This document shows, piece after piece, positions 11,401-21,766 of a stretch of 64,000 nt of DNA; the first letter of the stretch is position 1; every line of letters starts with the position of its first letter. The DNA comes from Nemertoderma westbladi. Its lineage: Eukaryota; Animalia; Xenacoelomorpha. The stretch lies in assembly GCA_032718475.1 (NCBI GenBank), contig JAUCBJ010003676.1, forward strand, positions 80,763 through 144,762, written 5' to 3'. Below the pieces are notes generated by a model. It was not told the DNA's origin. It searched no databases and was given only the letters and a program-made list of their open reading frames with translations. Made by a program: the position numbers and the translations under genes.

Positions 11401-13776
11401 TTCCGCAGGGTTGTTAAGTCTGGTCCTTTCCCGGTGGTTCCAACTTACCTGCTCCGCGTCGGTCCTTCTTTCCTTATAGTTTCGGGACTTCTGACGTCTC
11501 ATTTCTTCCTCTTCATCGCTTGACTCTGTGTCAGTCCTTAGCGCTCGCGATGGTTTGCGCGCCGAGGCCCTGATCCAAGCCTCCTCAATAAATTTCTCGG
11601 CCGAATTATCGAAGTTGGGATTATGAATATTCGGGACAGGCGTCCTTACCTGAGGTCTATGTGGTATAGTCTCCTCCGATATGCGTACTCGTTGACTAGG
11701 CTGGACTTTATCTAACTCAGGCCTGCTAGGATTAGAATTACTTCTTACCTGGGCTGCTTCCTTTAACCGTAGGTTGCTAAGCATGTCCGTTATAGGTTGG
11801 ATGTGCGGCGATATAGCTTGCGCTAAACTAGCACTTAACTCATCCCTCGTAATAAATTCCTGGCTAGGGTTCTGTTGTATAGTCGGCTCTATCTGAGTAA
11901 TCCGCTGTCTCTCATATGATCCCTCTTCCGGTTTAACCCGGAAGTTCTCCGTCGAACTGGGTCGGCGCTCCGTCCCCGTATTCCAAACCCGCGGGTTCGG
12001 TTCGCCCAATACTCGGCCCGTCGGAGTTTCTTCTCTAAATTCTTCGTTGTCGCGTTCGGTGTATAGTGGTGCGGTGTTCTGATGCCGTGGATTCTGCGCG
12101 ATAGGTGAAGCACTAATACCAACTGGCGTGCGATATGTAGAGAATGGTTTAGCGATCCGTGTACTCGTAATAGCTGGACCGGGTATAGGAATTCTGGTCG
12201 TCGTCGACTCGCGTATGGTCGGAGTTCTCGCTTCCTGTTCGGCCTTCTGCAGTGCGAACAGTTCTCGCAACTCGGTCCCTACACTCGCCCCACATTCTTC
12301 GATCATTCGCATCCCCTTCTCGGCGATTTCATTCGCCTTCCTAGTCCGTTCTTCGCTCTCTAAACTTAATCTCGCACTTTCCAACTGCGCCAGTTTACGT
12401 TCTTCTTCTTCCCTCGCTCGTCTCGCTGCGCTCTCTTCTTCCACCAGCGCCTTCTCTTCATACAACGCCCGTCGCTCCTTCTCGATCTCGAGTTCGCGTT
12501 CTTTGCGCTCGTGTTCGAGTTGAAGTTCGTATTCCTTTTGTTCGCGTTCGAGCTGGAGTTCGCGTTCCTTGCGTTCGCGTTCGAGCTTGAGTTCGCGTTC
12601 CTTGCATTCGCGTTCCGCTTGCTCGCGCTTACCTTTCTCTTCCAACTCTCGCAACTTTGCGTCTAACTTACGTGTGCGCTCCCGTTCCCGCTCGGCTTCC
12701 TTCCGTGCTTCCGATGCACGCAAAACTTCCGCCTGTTGTTCGTCCAGTTGGCGTCTTCTCTCCTCCGCCGAGTTGTGAGAAACAAGGGATCTAGCACATA
12801 TAACCTTCCCTCGCGCGTGACTAACCTGGGAATCGCCACTGTCTCTGCATGCGTCGTCGGGTGGAGTCAACGTCCTCTGTTGAATGTTCTCCGTCGTCGG
12901 TAGCACCTGACCTGGTACCACCACTCCATTCTGCATCAGCCAGCTAGTAACTTCCCTTTGATACCTGCGCTCTTCTTTATCTTGGATCTCTTCTCGCTCC
13001 ACTAAGTCTCTCAACTCTGCGTCACTCACCTGAGTCGCCTGCGTTTGTGATGCCCATAGCAGCCAGTTCTCCGTCCTAACTCGTCGGAATCGCTCCGATA
13101 ACTCGCGATGCTCCAACAGGGCTGCCAAAACCCTATCATAAATCCTCGTCGCCACGTCGCTCGACTGAGACTCTACTGCCTTCTTCGCTAGGACTGCAAG
13201 CTCCTCCGTCTGCTTGAATAACGCTGAATTATATCCTCTTCTAATCTCTACTAACTCTACCCTCCCGATGTTCGCTGAGTCGGCTAACATTTTCCTTACC
13301 TTGTCCGCCGTCCGAGTTATATGTCCGGCGTGCGCGCGAAGTTTCTTCTTTATCGCAATGTCGAACTCTCTATCACTTACCTGACTTACACTCGGTGGAC
13401 TTGAAGGGTTATTTCGGGAACTACGGGTACTCCTTACAGCCGTTGGGACCACGGCACTTACCATACCCACAGGTCTGGAAACCGGGCTCCGGGCTCTCGC
13501 TTCTGCTACACTACCCTCCCTATCACTCACCTCTGTCCGGGCTTCCGTACAGTCCTTCCTATCAGTAGCGGTAGGGGATCCTAATACTATTACCTGAGGT
13601 AGTTCTTCTTCCTCACTAGTCACTGTCTCGTCCTCCTGTTCACTTACGTCAGCGTCGCTCGCTGCGTCGTCATAGTCGGCATTGTCGTCAACAGTAATAT
13701 TTACGCTATCGTCAGTCGGCGGTCCGGCCGCCGTCTCATAGCTGTCCTCTACTGCCTCCTTGTCTGAGACACTCAT
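5479..13776 (-). CDS. gag-pol: BEL/Pao Gag-Pol polyprotein, 2765 aa
   Basis: Coiled-coil N-terminus, DUF1759-like Gag, three Cys/His knuckles (CQYC, CWAC, CMEC), protease MLDTAS, RT YLPHH / DIEAMFHQV / FYMDD, RNase H LHLFSDAS / PRAELQAA, integrase HHCC, GVDCFGP, SDKGTNF, WERLV. Confidence 0.97.
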   Translation of the reverse strand: MSVSDKEAVEDSYETAAGPPTDDSVNITVDDNADYDDAASDADVSEQEDETVTSEEEELPQVIVLGSPTATDRKDCTEARTEVSDREGSVAEARARSPVSRPVGMVSAVVPTAVRSTRSSRNNPSSPPSVSQVSDREFDIAIKKKLRAHAGHITRTADKVRKMLADSANIGRVELVEIRRGYNSALFKQTEELAVLAKKAVESQSSDVATRIYDRVLAALLEHRELSERFRRVRTENWLLWASQTQATQVSDAELRDLVEREEIQDKEERRYQREVTSWLMQNGVVVPGQVLPTTENIQQRTLTPPDDACRDSGDSQVSHARGKVICARSLVSHNSAEERRRQLDEQQAEVLRASEARKEAERERERTRKLDAKLRELEEKGKREQAERECKERELKLERERKERELQLEREQKEYELQLEHERKERELEIEKERRALYEEKALVEEESAARRAREEEERKLAQLESARLSLESEERTRKANEIAEKGMRMIEECGASVGTELRELFALQKAEQEARTPTIRESTTTRIPIPGPAITSTRIAKPFSTYRTPVGISASPIAQNPRHQNTAPLYTERDNEEFREETPTGRVLGEPNPRVWNTGTERRPSSTENFRVKPEEGSYERQRITQIEPTIQQNPSQEFITRDELSASLAQAISPHIQPITDMLSNLRLKEAAQVRSNSNPSRPELDKVQPSQRVRISEETIPHRPQVRTPVPNIHNPNFDNSAEKFIEEAWIRASARKPSRALRTDTESSDEEEEMRRQKSRNYKERRTDAEQVSWNHRERTRLNNPAELNHLLTRNDATLRDIGKFAARQGLPTQQPQKFMGNHKHWRTFKTYVDEQLTNSTFTPNEKFNYLLQMLHREPRAIADNFVGNERAFELAMKTLSDIYGNKTKMAQSIVEDLGKGGRITTPLELLNLANAISNALDILRTVNLPHHGDHAEVLKSVIRRLNMRYRQKWRKLENKLEGQGKVLTLQHIHDMIATEAVAEMKSNFSEENMRESKPVTGKSMVSFDDNRTTVTYNSVDRYNSSTPAFRSDSRVWSGERLDRPRLKQQELPDGFVGCQYCLLKEVRSDDHKLDSCRRFKELNSEQRRVQVRTLDTCWACLAPGHVRRQCPNSKDGCMECGRLHHKLLHADFHTPTDRYLQRNPQRKGSKEPVSIRRNTYTGIQDDGYQPGSSDEDGESSAREVTCQGFTADSSSTSARTYLSSATSEIFRVIPVKLTGDKGSKRIYVMLDTASTLSYIDEEVARAVSSFQDAEEIQIELKSMHGVGDLKGHRISVELDSLLPRDQHTRQERKALPLDGFKCLAMKGFGRQLGKVPPMSPIAQEYFDKLRIPRHQVGYRNVSMLIGAEQLIAHQIWETRPAEPHVNGPHAHRTILGWYTRVPMSYEFTGGDKPMDRYDELQPITQPPLVEPPDIDEFRRTCIDHYSDFSESDEELIPDNVRLSEPLHNDRTDSEPEDYCYQTRGSGSAAHATYLTNVLTYTDIVEGQVAKYRDLDIFQYSEEELQKELIRQDLETGARTVEWLDRDAMEPGGYDLAMSTDEKRSLEMMEDTIRLLPTGHFEVGMLWRRQPPKLENNYNLALKRLNGVRARLLKNPDIREKYCAQINNYFAKGFAGKVEDPDLVTDQTYYLPHHYVTHPDKPDKVRVVNDCAAVYRGMSLNSELMDGPNLNNYLIGILLRFRQRRFAFTCDIEAMFHQVRACKADQDSLRFLWYENEDLSGPVVTYQMYVRIFGARDSPNGTLFVLKKTATAQIGKYPVEVIESILRNFYMDDGLVSKDTAEQAIEVAHGLQECLATGGFPLTKFTTNSEALLESFPVKDRGSGDIELGVEPIPMARVLGLAWNPNSDKFQVRVRFEPSSPDKVLTKRICLSTLSRLFDPMNFISPVILQARACMRKIWLSDLEWDEPISPIHAKQWREWEAELHLLKNIDVPRSYFPNQLVFPADLELHLFSDASDTGFGMVAYLRREVSQDKFETAFVTSRSKTMPVKYMTVPRAELQAAVVSVEVSKQITEELDTTLTLFYWTDASLVLVYIAADNIALKTFMANRRAQIVDFSTKEQWRHCPGVLNPADITSRGAMPVEFCQEESQEFWLHGPDFLTRTQEHWPERLKIVTNPMPEDAEVKVEKVSKSKSKAKLKSLERPEESLERPEESLERPGDLSDQQTYVTTRSGRVSYDVKPPLQTRRQSQLISDGQKMTDKMEPLVSKPAGLDSKLPLVSGQPSLALESCSIYDKLLNSSASWLTICKRTAWLSRYISYLCLKHSKHLREPLSTNSERIRKLKQPLTEDEIDQAELKHLKHYQMCAFPKEFHLLSAQRPVLYKPLRKWSPLIHKGLICHRSRIQTVDINSQFRFPVIIPSHPIELQRAILWDIHKRLHHAGKLHCLSAARQRFILLQPSRAVGTMYDACLVCKRVNARVLEQEMAELLEARVQAYDPPFTNTGVDCFGPIEAKSGRLTHKRWGLLLTCMASRAIHIERVADMSTKSLLLALKRFMARRGLVKAFYSDKGTNFVGGNSELNAAHKAAQNKEISAALLPQRVEWRFNTPESPWRGGSWERLVRSVKQAIAKTLPVNKQLTDDELVTAFIEIEHTLNSRPIAMLPDGVALTLNHLLMQSPAFLVPASEPISADLYSRKSWKVTQLVAYTFWEYWREYYLPTISTRTKWYKTVRGLQRGDYVLITEPIVKRKYWETGVILHTHPDVQNIVRTVTVKIRCKCPHPKKCKTNGLHTLDRPVQDIVLLEETRIETGDYNLSPASKQS

Positions 13777-14856
13777 AGTCTAATAATGTTTGCCTTCCGG
13801 CAAAATATCTCGCAAAGTTCGAGATATAATTATAATTTAACCGAAAATACGGTCAAATTATTTGTCAAATAATCAGTTGGTCCAAAATGTCAAAATAAAT
13901 TCGCAATGCAATATTGCGAATTTAATGGGGTATATAGTTATAGCAAATACTAGCACAATATTTAAACAAAATATTATTATATAGCTACTATAGCAATTAA
14001 ATACCGGTATGACACAAAATAGCTTTGAATCTAATACAAAATATTCAAAATAAACTTGCCACCCGATTATTTCTAATTTTACATATATAGCTCTAATCAA
14101 CGTAATTTTAATTTCAAATATTATATGTATCCACTAGCGCGTGGCTACATCTTCGGGTTGCGACTCTCTCTAACTCTCTCTCTAACTTGAGCGATTCAAA
14201 ACCATGGCCGGCTAAACCTAAATATCCTAACTAATAAATTGAGTTCAGCTTCGCAGTTAAACAACCGATAATTTTTTACTGCTTCCACAAACACAATGGT
14301 GCCAACAGAACAACTAACCTTGTTTGCTGTGAGATTCCACGTCCGCGTCCAAAGATTCAGGCTTTTCGCTGATTGCAAACCGAACCCGCAGACCCACACG
14401 AACCCCAAACTCAGAAGTTCTGTCTTGCCATGTATCTCCAGATGGTATAAAATAACTAAGCGGTTACCTAACATACCGGTACAAAACTCTAGAATTTTAC
14501 AAAATAATTTTGACCGAAACTGAATTCTCGCAAACCTAGCTAATAATTTTCAAAAAACTTACTAATTACAATTTGCCCTAAGGCCTAAGCAACTGTATTC
14601 GCAATTAGTAAAAACGCACTACCGTACATCCACTGTATGCAGTACAGTAAGTAAAACAGTACACCAACCTAACAGCCTAATGCTACTGTGTGTGTGGTAC
14701 GGCAAACAAATGTCCTTCTACCGTACGCAGTAACAGCAATCAGCCTAATGTACTACTGTACTATCGTACGCAACCAGTGAATACAGTAATCTAAACTAGC
14801 AGCCTAAGAATACTCTATTGACCGCTGCAAGCAACAGCCAATAAAACATACCTTAC

Positions 14857-17084
14857 TGTTAAACAACCGCGACACCTATACTAACAGCAGAACTGTTGAA
14901 CAGACAAATACCCGTATACCTCTCTGCCAACCTAATGAGCTCTCGCCTAACCAATAAGACACAAAGACTGCTCTACTGTTAAGTAAAGGGGATCAGGAGT
15001 GTGCTATTACTAAATTGTAAGGGTTGCTAAATACAAAACCGCTACTTACCGTTGGATGGCGCTAATCTGCCGTCCGCTAATATATTTTACTAAATTTACA
15101 CAACTCCTGCAAAATCGCTTGTTCCTTTCTCTACCGATCGCTCGATAGAGAGCTAACTGTTCGAATCTATGAGCCACACGGGAATAACCAAAACAATAAA
15201 CCCGAGTCGGCTCCCTAAGCTTACTTAAGACGAGTGCGAGGGGCTTTGCACTCAGAGTATATTCTTACGCCTAATTTTACCACTGAAATACGCTAATGCC
15301 TACGTCTTTTCTAATCGCGAATACTGGGGGTTCCCTAACGGAATGTGTGAATGCGAGAATATTTAAAATAATCAAAATGGTACAGTACAATGTCTTTCGT
15401 AGGTGATACCGCTCTGGGTCTAAACTTGCCTGCAGCTGGCTTTAGGCCAGCAACTCACTAGTGTCTTGCGTACTGACTATTGCGATCTAGTTTATTACCC
15501 GCTAATGCAAATAACCGCTTAGCGTGAATAGTTTACAGTACTCTAATTATTACCTTAGCTACTCTCCGCTATGCTGCGTACTAATTCTTAATTTTTACTA
15601 ATCAATTACAGTCACAAATATGTAACAGCGTACTAATTACTAAGAGTTCCAGAATGCGTAATTCTAATTTATTACGCAACAGGTTTCGCTAGTAATAGCC
15701 TAAATTGCCGTATTACTTTGACCTAAGCAGTAGTTAATTGTTGTAACTAAGAAATAGAAATCAATCAAAAGGGAATGGGGCGCCTACCTAAGCATTCGTA
15801 ATCATAGGCACACTTCAGTAACACACCAATCAGCGTCAGCAATCACAGATCACAATAGTACAACTTGCAATTATACAATCTGCAATTATATAATTCGCAA
15901 CATAATAATTCGCAATTGACTAATTCGCAATCTACTTACTCGCAACTTACTTACTGTAAGGTATGCAGGCCCCTCCCGGGTACATCTAGGCTTCCTAAGT
16001 AACCCAATTCCTGCCCCCTAATACTAAATAGAGACAAAACCTGGATCATCAGCCCCCTAATTACTGTACCAGCGAGCGGTCTCCAACCTACAGTCCAAAT
16101 CGCCCGACTGCAACGTTGACCCCCGCCAGCGTTGCCCGCTTTTGAATCCTCCGCTCTCCCTAGTCGCTCAACCCCCCGATGTGCCCACCGCCCACTGGCA
16201 CCTTAGCCCTTCATTATGCTAATAGCTACCGTAGCGGCGCATGCAAATCACAAAGTCTGACAGTCTCAGAAATCCCTTAGGATTATTGCGCAGAAAGGAA
16301 TCACATAGAACCATTAATCAAAAGTAGAAATCATAGTTCAGTTGTAATTAGCAGTAATCGAAGGAATTAATTGAGAAACACAATCGAGAGTAATCGCACT
16401 AGCAAATCATTCCAAGAAATTAATCAAAATTAGCAAATTGCAGAAAATACGCCAAAATATCCGTCAAAAATTGAATAGGGACAGCTCAGCAAGTACAAAG
16501 ATGATATCAGATCCTTGTGAGGTGTCATGGGGCAGATTGGTAAGGCTCTACCGGCACACCGCCAATTTATAGGTGATCCGGGTGGGTGATGCAATAGGGT
16601 GACTCAATCGCTCTCCTATTGGCTCTCCAGTCCGTGCTAGCATTAGACCAACCTGGAAGCAGTTAGTCCAATAAGGAGGCCGGATTGTAGCCCTATTGCT
16701 CCCCAACTTCAAATTATTACCATATATGGTAATGGTTCACGTCCTTGGCTGCTGAATGGCCAGGACAGCGTCCCTATATGCTAGCCCTATCGATGCTAAT
16801 ATCAGCAAGCACAAAATCCAGGGTCCGAATAAACTTGCTACCCTGGAACTATCTACATATATCCTAATACAAAATTACGTAGGTAGGGCTACATACTATA
16901 CAAAATGGATGGATTCAAAATATATGGGCGTTTCGATTTCCCTATCTAAATATCATTGCGTTATTATGCCTTATCTAAAATATTATGCTGCACAACGGAC
17001 TAATATTACATACAGTATAACGGACTAATATTGTGTACAGTATAACGACTAATATATGTGGATACAGCGCCATATACCGTAACA
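14857..17084 (-). repeat. 5' LTR of intact BEL/Pao element (2228 bp)
   Basis: Direct repeat of 549-2775; TG...CA termini. Confidence 0.96.
16566..16733 (-). promoter_or_regulatory. Putative LTR U3 promoter: TATAAA, inverted CCAAT boxes, AP-1 site, CArG box
   Basis: TATAAA on minus at 16566-16571, TGACTCA, ATTGG/CCAAT pair, palindrome ATTACCATATATGGTAAT at 16716-16733 (same motifs at 2257-2424). Confidence 0.5.
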
Positions 17085-17089
17085 GATGA

Positions 17090-18987
17090 GCTGGGCCAAT
17101 CATAGGACACAAAGCACTTTATTGCTCAAATGTGAAGCTGTGGAAAATTCTGTTTGGTTTCCATGTGCGATATTTAGTATAAAAGGCCGGTTTGCCTTCG
17201 GTTATCATTCCTAAAAACACCCCCTTATACCTTACTTCGGTTATCACACACACACTCTCTTATTCTTGTAAAATTAGTTTATTTGGTTTCTTGTTGAAAC
17301 TTTATTTGATAAATCCTTTGTAAAACTGTAAATATACTGCAAATTCCTGAACATGTTTTCTTTTGGTCCAACTTTGGGACAGCCAAACATCGGGAAGATG
17401 GCAGCCTAGACCGTTAGGCCGTAAGCAACGCAGGGAAAAGATGTCCACAACACGCTAGCGCCCACATTGGATTGACCGCGCACCCCCTTTGCCCTTCGAA
17501 ATACTCCACTTGCCATGCAGCGCCCGCTTTGTGAGAAAGGTAAGACTTTGTTCGACGCCCTTGCCCGCCGTAAGACCTATAGATCAGGGTAAGCGTGACG
17601 CCGTCCTGGACGCCGCAAATTTAGGATCAAATAATTATATTCAGACAGAAACACCCCCCCCCCCCCCCCCCTTTGTCAGTCCTACGAACCCCTGGGTTAA
17701 CCTGTACTTCCTACAGGTGCGAACTATTGCCATTCGTCAGTACGCGAGTACATAGGTACGGACAGCATATGTTCCATAATTTAGTGATTCGTAGTATTGA
17801 CTGTTTGGTACCGGTTCGCTTTGTAGAACGTACATTAGTACCCCCCCCCCCCCCCCCCCCCCCTTGTCTGGAGTTAGCTATTTGATCAGGCAAGGAGTAT
17901 TTCTGCTACAGGCACACTGCTTGGCCTAGGGAGGTTTTATTAATATCCTACCGCGCCTTGCCACGTACTGATAGGTATTGCTGCTAACTACCGCGGCAAC
18001 AAAGTTCTAGAATTAAATTATTATACCAGATCAGCTAACGTACGGTAGCGATTAACCCCTATTTCTTATCTTACAACCAGAATCTGGTATTAGTACCGAT
18101 CACGGGTGTAGTTACTAACACCGTGGTTGCCCATTGGGTTGTGGATAGGAAGGAGAGAGCTTTGACGTCATTTTGTGAGTATAAAGTTCTACAAAACGCG
18201 ACTAGTTTATTTAATAGCTAGCGCACGGTATCATTTCGGTCAGAAAATCACTAAAACCTAGTAAAGGAAATACACGAAATTGTTTTATTTGTAACACACC
18301 CACACACACACGCCCTAAAACATATTGCCCTTAGAGTTCTACTAGCTATAGCGTACTATACATTACTTTAGGCAGAAATTATCTGTATTTGTAAAATTAG
18401 GATCTGATTTAATTGCGGCAAGAGAGAGCATTTCACTTTCGTTATTAAACTGTTGTTTTCTGTCCAGCAGTATTGTTACATTTAGGCTTGACCCTTTAGA
18501 CTGATTTCGTACAGGGGGATCAGTTATCGTTACATTTAGGCACGACTTTTAGGCTGATTTAGACAGGGGTAATCAGCATTGTTACACTAGGTCTGTTAAC
18601 CACCTAGCTCGTATATAAACCATATAAATCACACCGCGGCAAGTTACTGTATTTAGGACTGTCAGTGATAGTTAGGATTCGCTGCGCGGGGATTGTTTTC
18701 CCGTGAGTTTGGTCTGTTACTGTAACTGTACATCTGCCTCACCGGTTAGAGGACAGGTATCCTTTTGTCTAGTACGTAGGCATTAGACCCGCTCACGTAC
18801 ATAGAATAGATACTAGGCTCTGTTCCTCGCCAGTAGTCGTTTGTGTATTGTATCTGTTTGTTTAGATATCCTGGACTGGGATTTGTTGTCAGATACTGTA
18901 CGAGCCCGTATACATTACTAGAGTCTCATAGTAAGATACATCGTTACTAGGATCTGGTAAGCGGTATACTACTGGACCCTTACACCA
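17090..18987 (+). mobile_element. Right part of the interrupted long LTR (TATA, R/U5-like region)
   Basis: TATAAAAGG at ~17178; shares ACGTAGGCATTAG and ATACCTTAC with the sense strand of the intact element's LTR; ends in CA where the transposase ORF is cut; related copy at ~50050-50385. Confidence 0.5.
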
Positions 18988-20678
18988 TGAAATGTCTGAA
19001 ACTACAAATGGATTTCGAATTTTGACAGCTGCAATGTGGCTTCGATATTCCTCGGGGGTGTAAACTCTTTCAATCTTTGAAAGGTATTGTTCTATGATGC
19101 CAAAATCACGATCCGAATCTAAATAACTGTGGCCTACTTCCGGGAATTTATGATCTATAATCTTAAGCTTACCTATACCAATGATGTACTGCCAAAGGCA
19201 AAGGATGAACCAATTCTTATTCTGGCCACCACAGGAATCTGACCAAGCTATAAGATGTTCCCCTTTTATCGCTTCACTTTCAATGAAGGCCAGTAATGAT
19301 GACATAATTTCCTCGCTTCCACGACCAGACTGATTTTCCGTCCAAGTTTGCATGTACCCATTTGAATGTCCTGGACGTGTCACGTGTATCCCTAAGTTAT
19401 AAAACCACAACTGTCGAAGATAGAATGCAACTGAAGTAGGAATCTTTGGGAGTGGTAAGGTTTTCTGTAAATCAAACGTTATAAAGGTCATATTTGTGTT
19501 TGTCTCAGTATTCTTACGATCTTCTTTTAGTGACTCAATAGCAAATTTATAATTTTCTTTATGTTCATCTGTACATTCATTTCGATCACACTGAGCGCAA
19601 ACATCTGAGCGAGGGCAACCAAACCCTAAGTTAAACTCTTCTGTAAATACACGGTGAAAATAATCCGCCGAAATAATGTCTCTATATTCGAGATTCTCTT
19701 CTAAATACTCAATACTAAATACATCGTTGGCACTGTCAACACTGGTGATAGGTATTCCCTATTTTTATTCTTAGTTCTCGAATAGTGAGACTTTTCTGTT
19801 GGATATTTATTAATATGTTTTACAACGCTAGTGCGACCGTCATCAGAAACCTTGTTGGGTCGATTATTATGCGTTCCACTTTGCCTTGGCGATGGTCCAG
19901 TATCGCCTTGGTAAACAGAACTACGAACTCTGTCTATTACTGTGTTTGATACCTGAAGGATATTTCGTAGAGCAACTTTACACACATTAACATCAGTGCC
20001 ACTGACTTTCAGTGAATACTTGTATGATGCAGTGTGGTGCTTACTAGCACCCTTTCGCTTCCGCCTACATTCCAACTTATGGATACAACTAGAAATAAAT
20101 ATATCTTTCCCTTTATTATCCACTGAATAGAAATAATCGAAAATGATCTTTCGTTGATCCTTTGAAATACGGCCACTGCAATTTTGCTGGCAATTAGGCT
20201 TGCAAATAATTTCACCATCATGGACCGTCTTTGCAGAAATTTCTTTACCTCTTGAACTTATATAAGATTCGCCTTTACTACGATTAATTTTCCTCTGATT
20301 TTTTTTCCAGAGCTTAGGGTTTCTTTTTCGCTTCCTTGAGGATTTCCCATCATTTTCATATTCTTTGCCTGAAGATAAAGTATGTGGATCATCATTAGTG
20401 CTGATGTTAGCTACTGCTATTTCATCAGGCTCCTCTTCTCCGAGGTTGGAGTAAGATTCGTCAGTTTCGTTCGGATCATATTCAGATTCAGAAGTAACTG
20501 CTTCAGAAGATGATTCTGCGTTGGCAGGAACATTTCCTGTTATGTGGCCTATTTCTGATGGATTGGATATGGATACAGAGTCAGATATTTCTTGAAAGCT
20601 AACAGTATTTCTAATCCATTGTTTGTAGACTAAGTCACTAAGTACCTTCCTAGTAAGTAAGTATTCAATAATAGCCAT
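18988..20678 (-). pseudogene. Disrupted transposase (Sola1-like)
   Basis: SHYSR...YLSP, FGCPRSDVCAQCD, FDLQKTLPLP, FYLRQLWFYNLGIH, RGSEEI, WSDSCGGQNKN, GHSYLDSDRDFG; frame broken near 19700. Confidence 0.8.
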
Positions 20679-21151
20679 ATATTCATATACCTAATAGTAC
20701 ATAAATTATTGTTTTTCACGAAACGAGTATACTTATAGTAATTGGTTTAAAAATACCGGTAGGCCTACTGCAAAAATACTATAGGATATTGCAGGATTGT
20801 TGAGCCGACCTCAGGAAAGTAATAATGAAGGATATACAATAAAATAATTTCAAATTGTATTGAGACATATCATACACTTAAGGCTGCATAAGGTTATGTG
20901 TAATTTTTTTTCATTTTACAAGACCATAAAGAGTTATGTTACATAGAATGGAACATAACACTTTGTTGCCCCGACGATTTCTGAAAATGGTAACATAACA
21001 CAATGTGGAATTGCGTTTCACCTATTTCCTGTGCTCTGATTGGTCTGAAATTTTCACCAATGAAAGCTAAGCATCCGATTTACTAGAAAATGTAAAAACC
21101 TCAATTTTGACAATATGTAACATAACACGTTGTTGCCCCGAGGGCTTCATC
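18988..21151 (-). mobile_element. Sola1-like DDD DNA transposon, 3' part removed by the LTR insertion
   Basis: Transposase motifs plus subterminal repeats ACATAACAC(N)TTGTTGCCCCG at ~20953, ~20992 and ~21119, with inverted copies at ~20892 and ~20933. Confidence 0.65.
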
Positions 21152-21239
21152 TTTAATCATACTATTACGTAGCTATTCATACATATAAAAAATGTTCTAG
21201 AATATGGTTTATTTATTAATAGAATAAAAGAGCCTCGCG

Positions 21240-21606
21240 CCGGTGCAAAAAAACCATGCAACATTTGAACGCTCATATCTCAGCTATTTTTCAAAGAAAT
21301 TCAAATTGTGTGGCCATGCTCTTGCTCTTGCATGACCAGCTTTCCATTGGTACCAACAAAGAGCTATAAGGTAGAATAATAACTGCGGTGTAACTGGTGT
21401 AATATTGCTGGAGACACTTTTTTTTAAACGCTTGTAGCTAAACATTGAAAGCTAAAATAAAAATTCTGGCTCACCCAGTCAGTGGTCGGGAGGTCAAACT
21501 ATCTATGTATCAAATTACATGCAATCTCATTAAGATTTGTAGAAAAATGAGGGGGGGGGGGGGTGTGTCACTGAATTACGACACTATATTCTGGGACATG
21601 GTGTAT
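21240..21606. mobile_element. Possible Tc1/mariner-type MITE remnant
   Basis: Ends in TTCTGGGACATGGTGTA(TA); left end degenerate. Confidence 0.3.
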
Positions 21607-21766
21607 ACAGGTGACATATTTTTATTTATTTATTTATTTATTCCAGACAATATATATATATATCAATATAATTATTAATTACACACACGTCATCCATATT
21701 CTACACTAGGGCCTAAAATATTAATTACTAAAAGGAATGCACAAAAATGGTATTATTAACAAATTA

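Larger units (their letters stand above)
549..17084 (-). mobile_element. Full-length, young BEL/Pao LTR retrotransposon (~16.5 kb)
   Basis: Two near-identical TGTTA...TAACA LTRs, 5-bp TSD GATGA (544-548, 17085-17089), uninterrupted Gag-PR-RT-RH-IN ORF. Confidence 0.97.
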
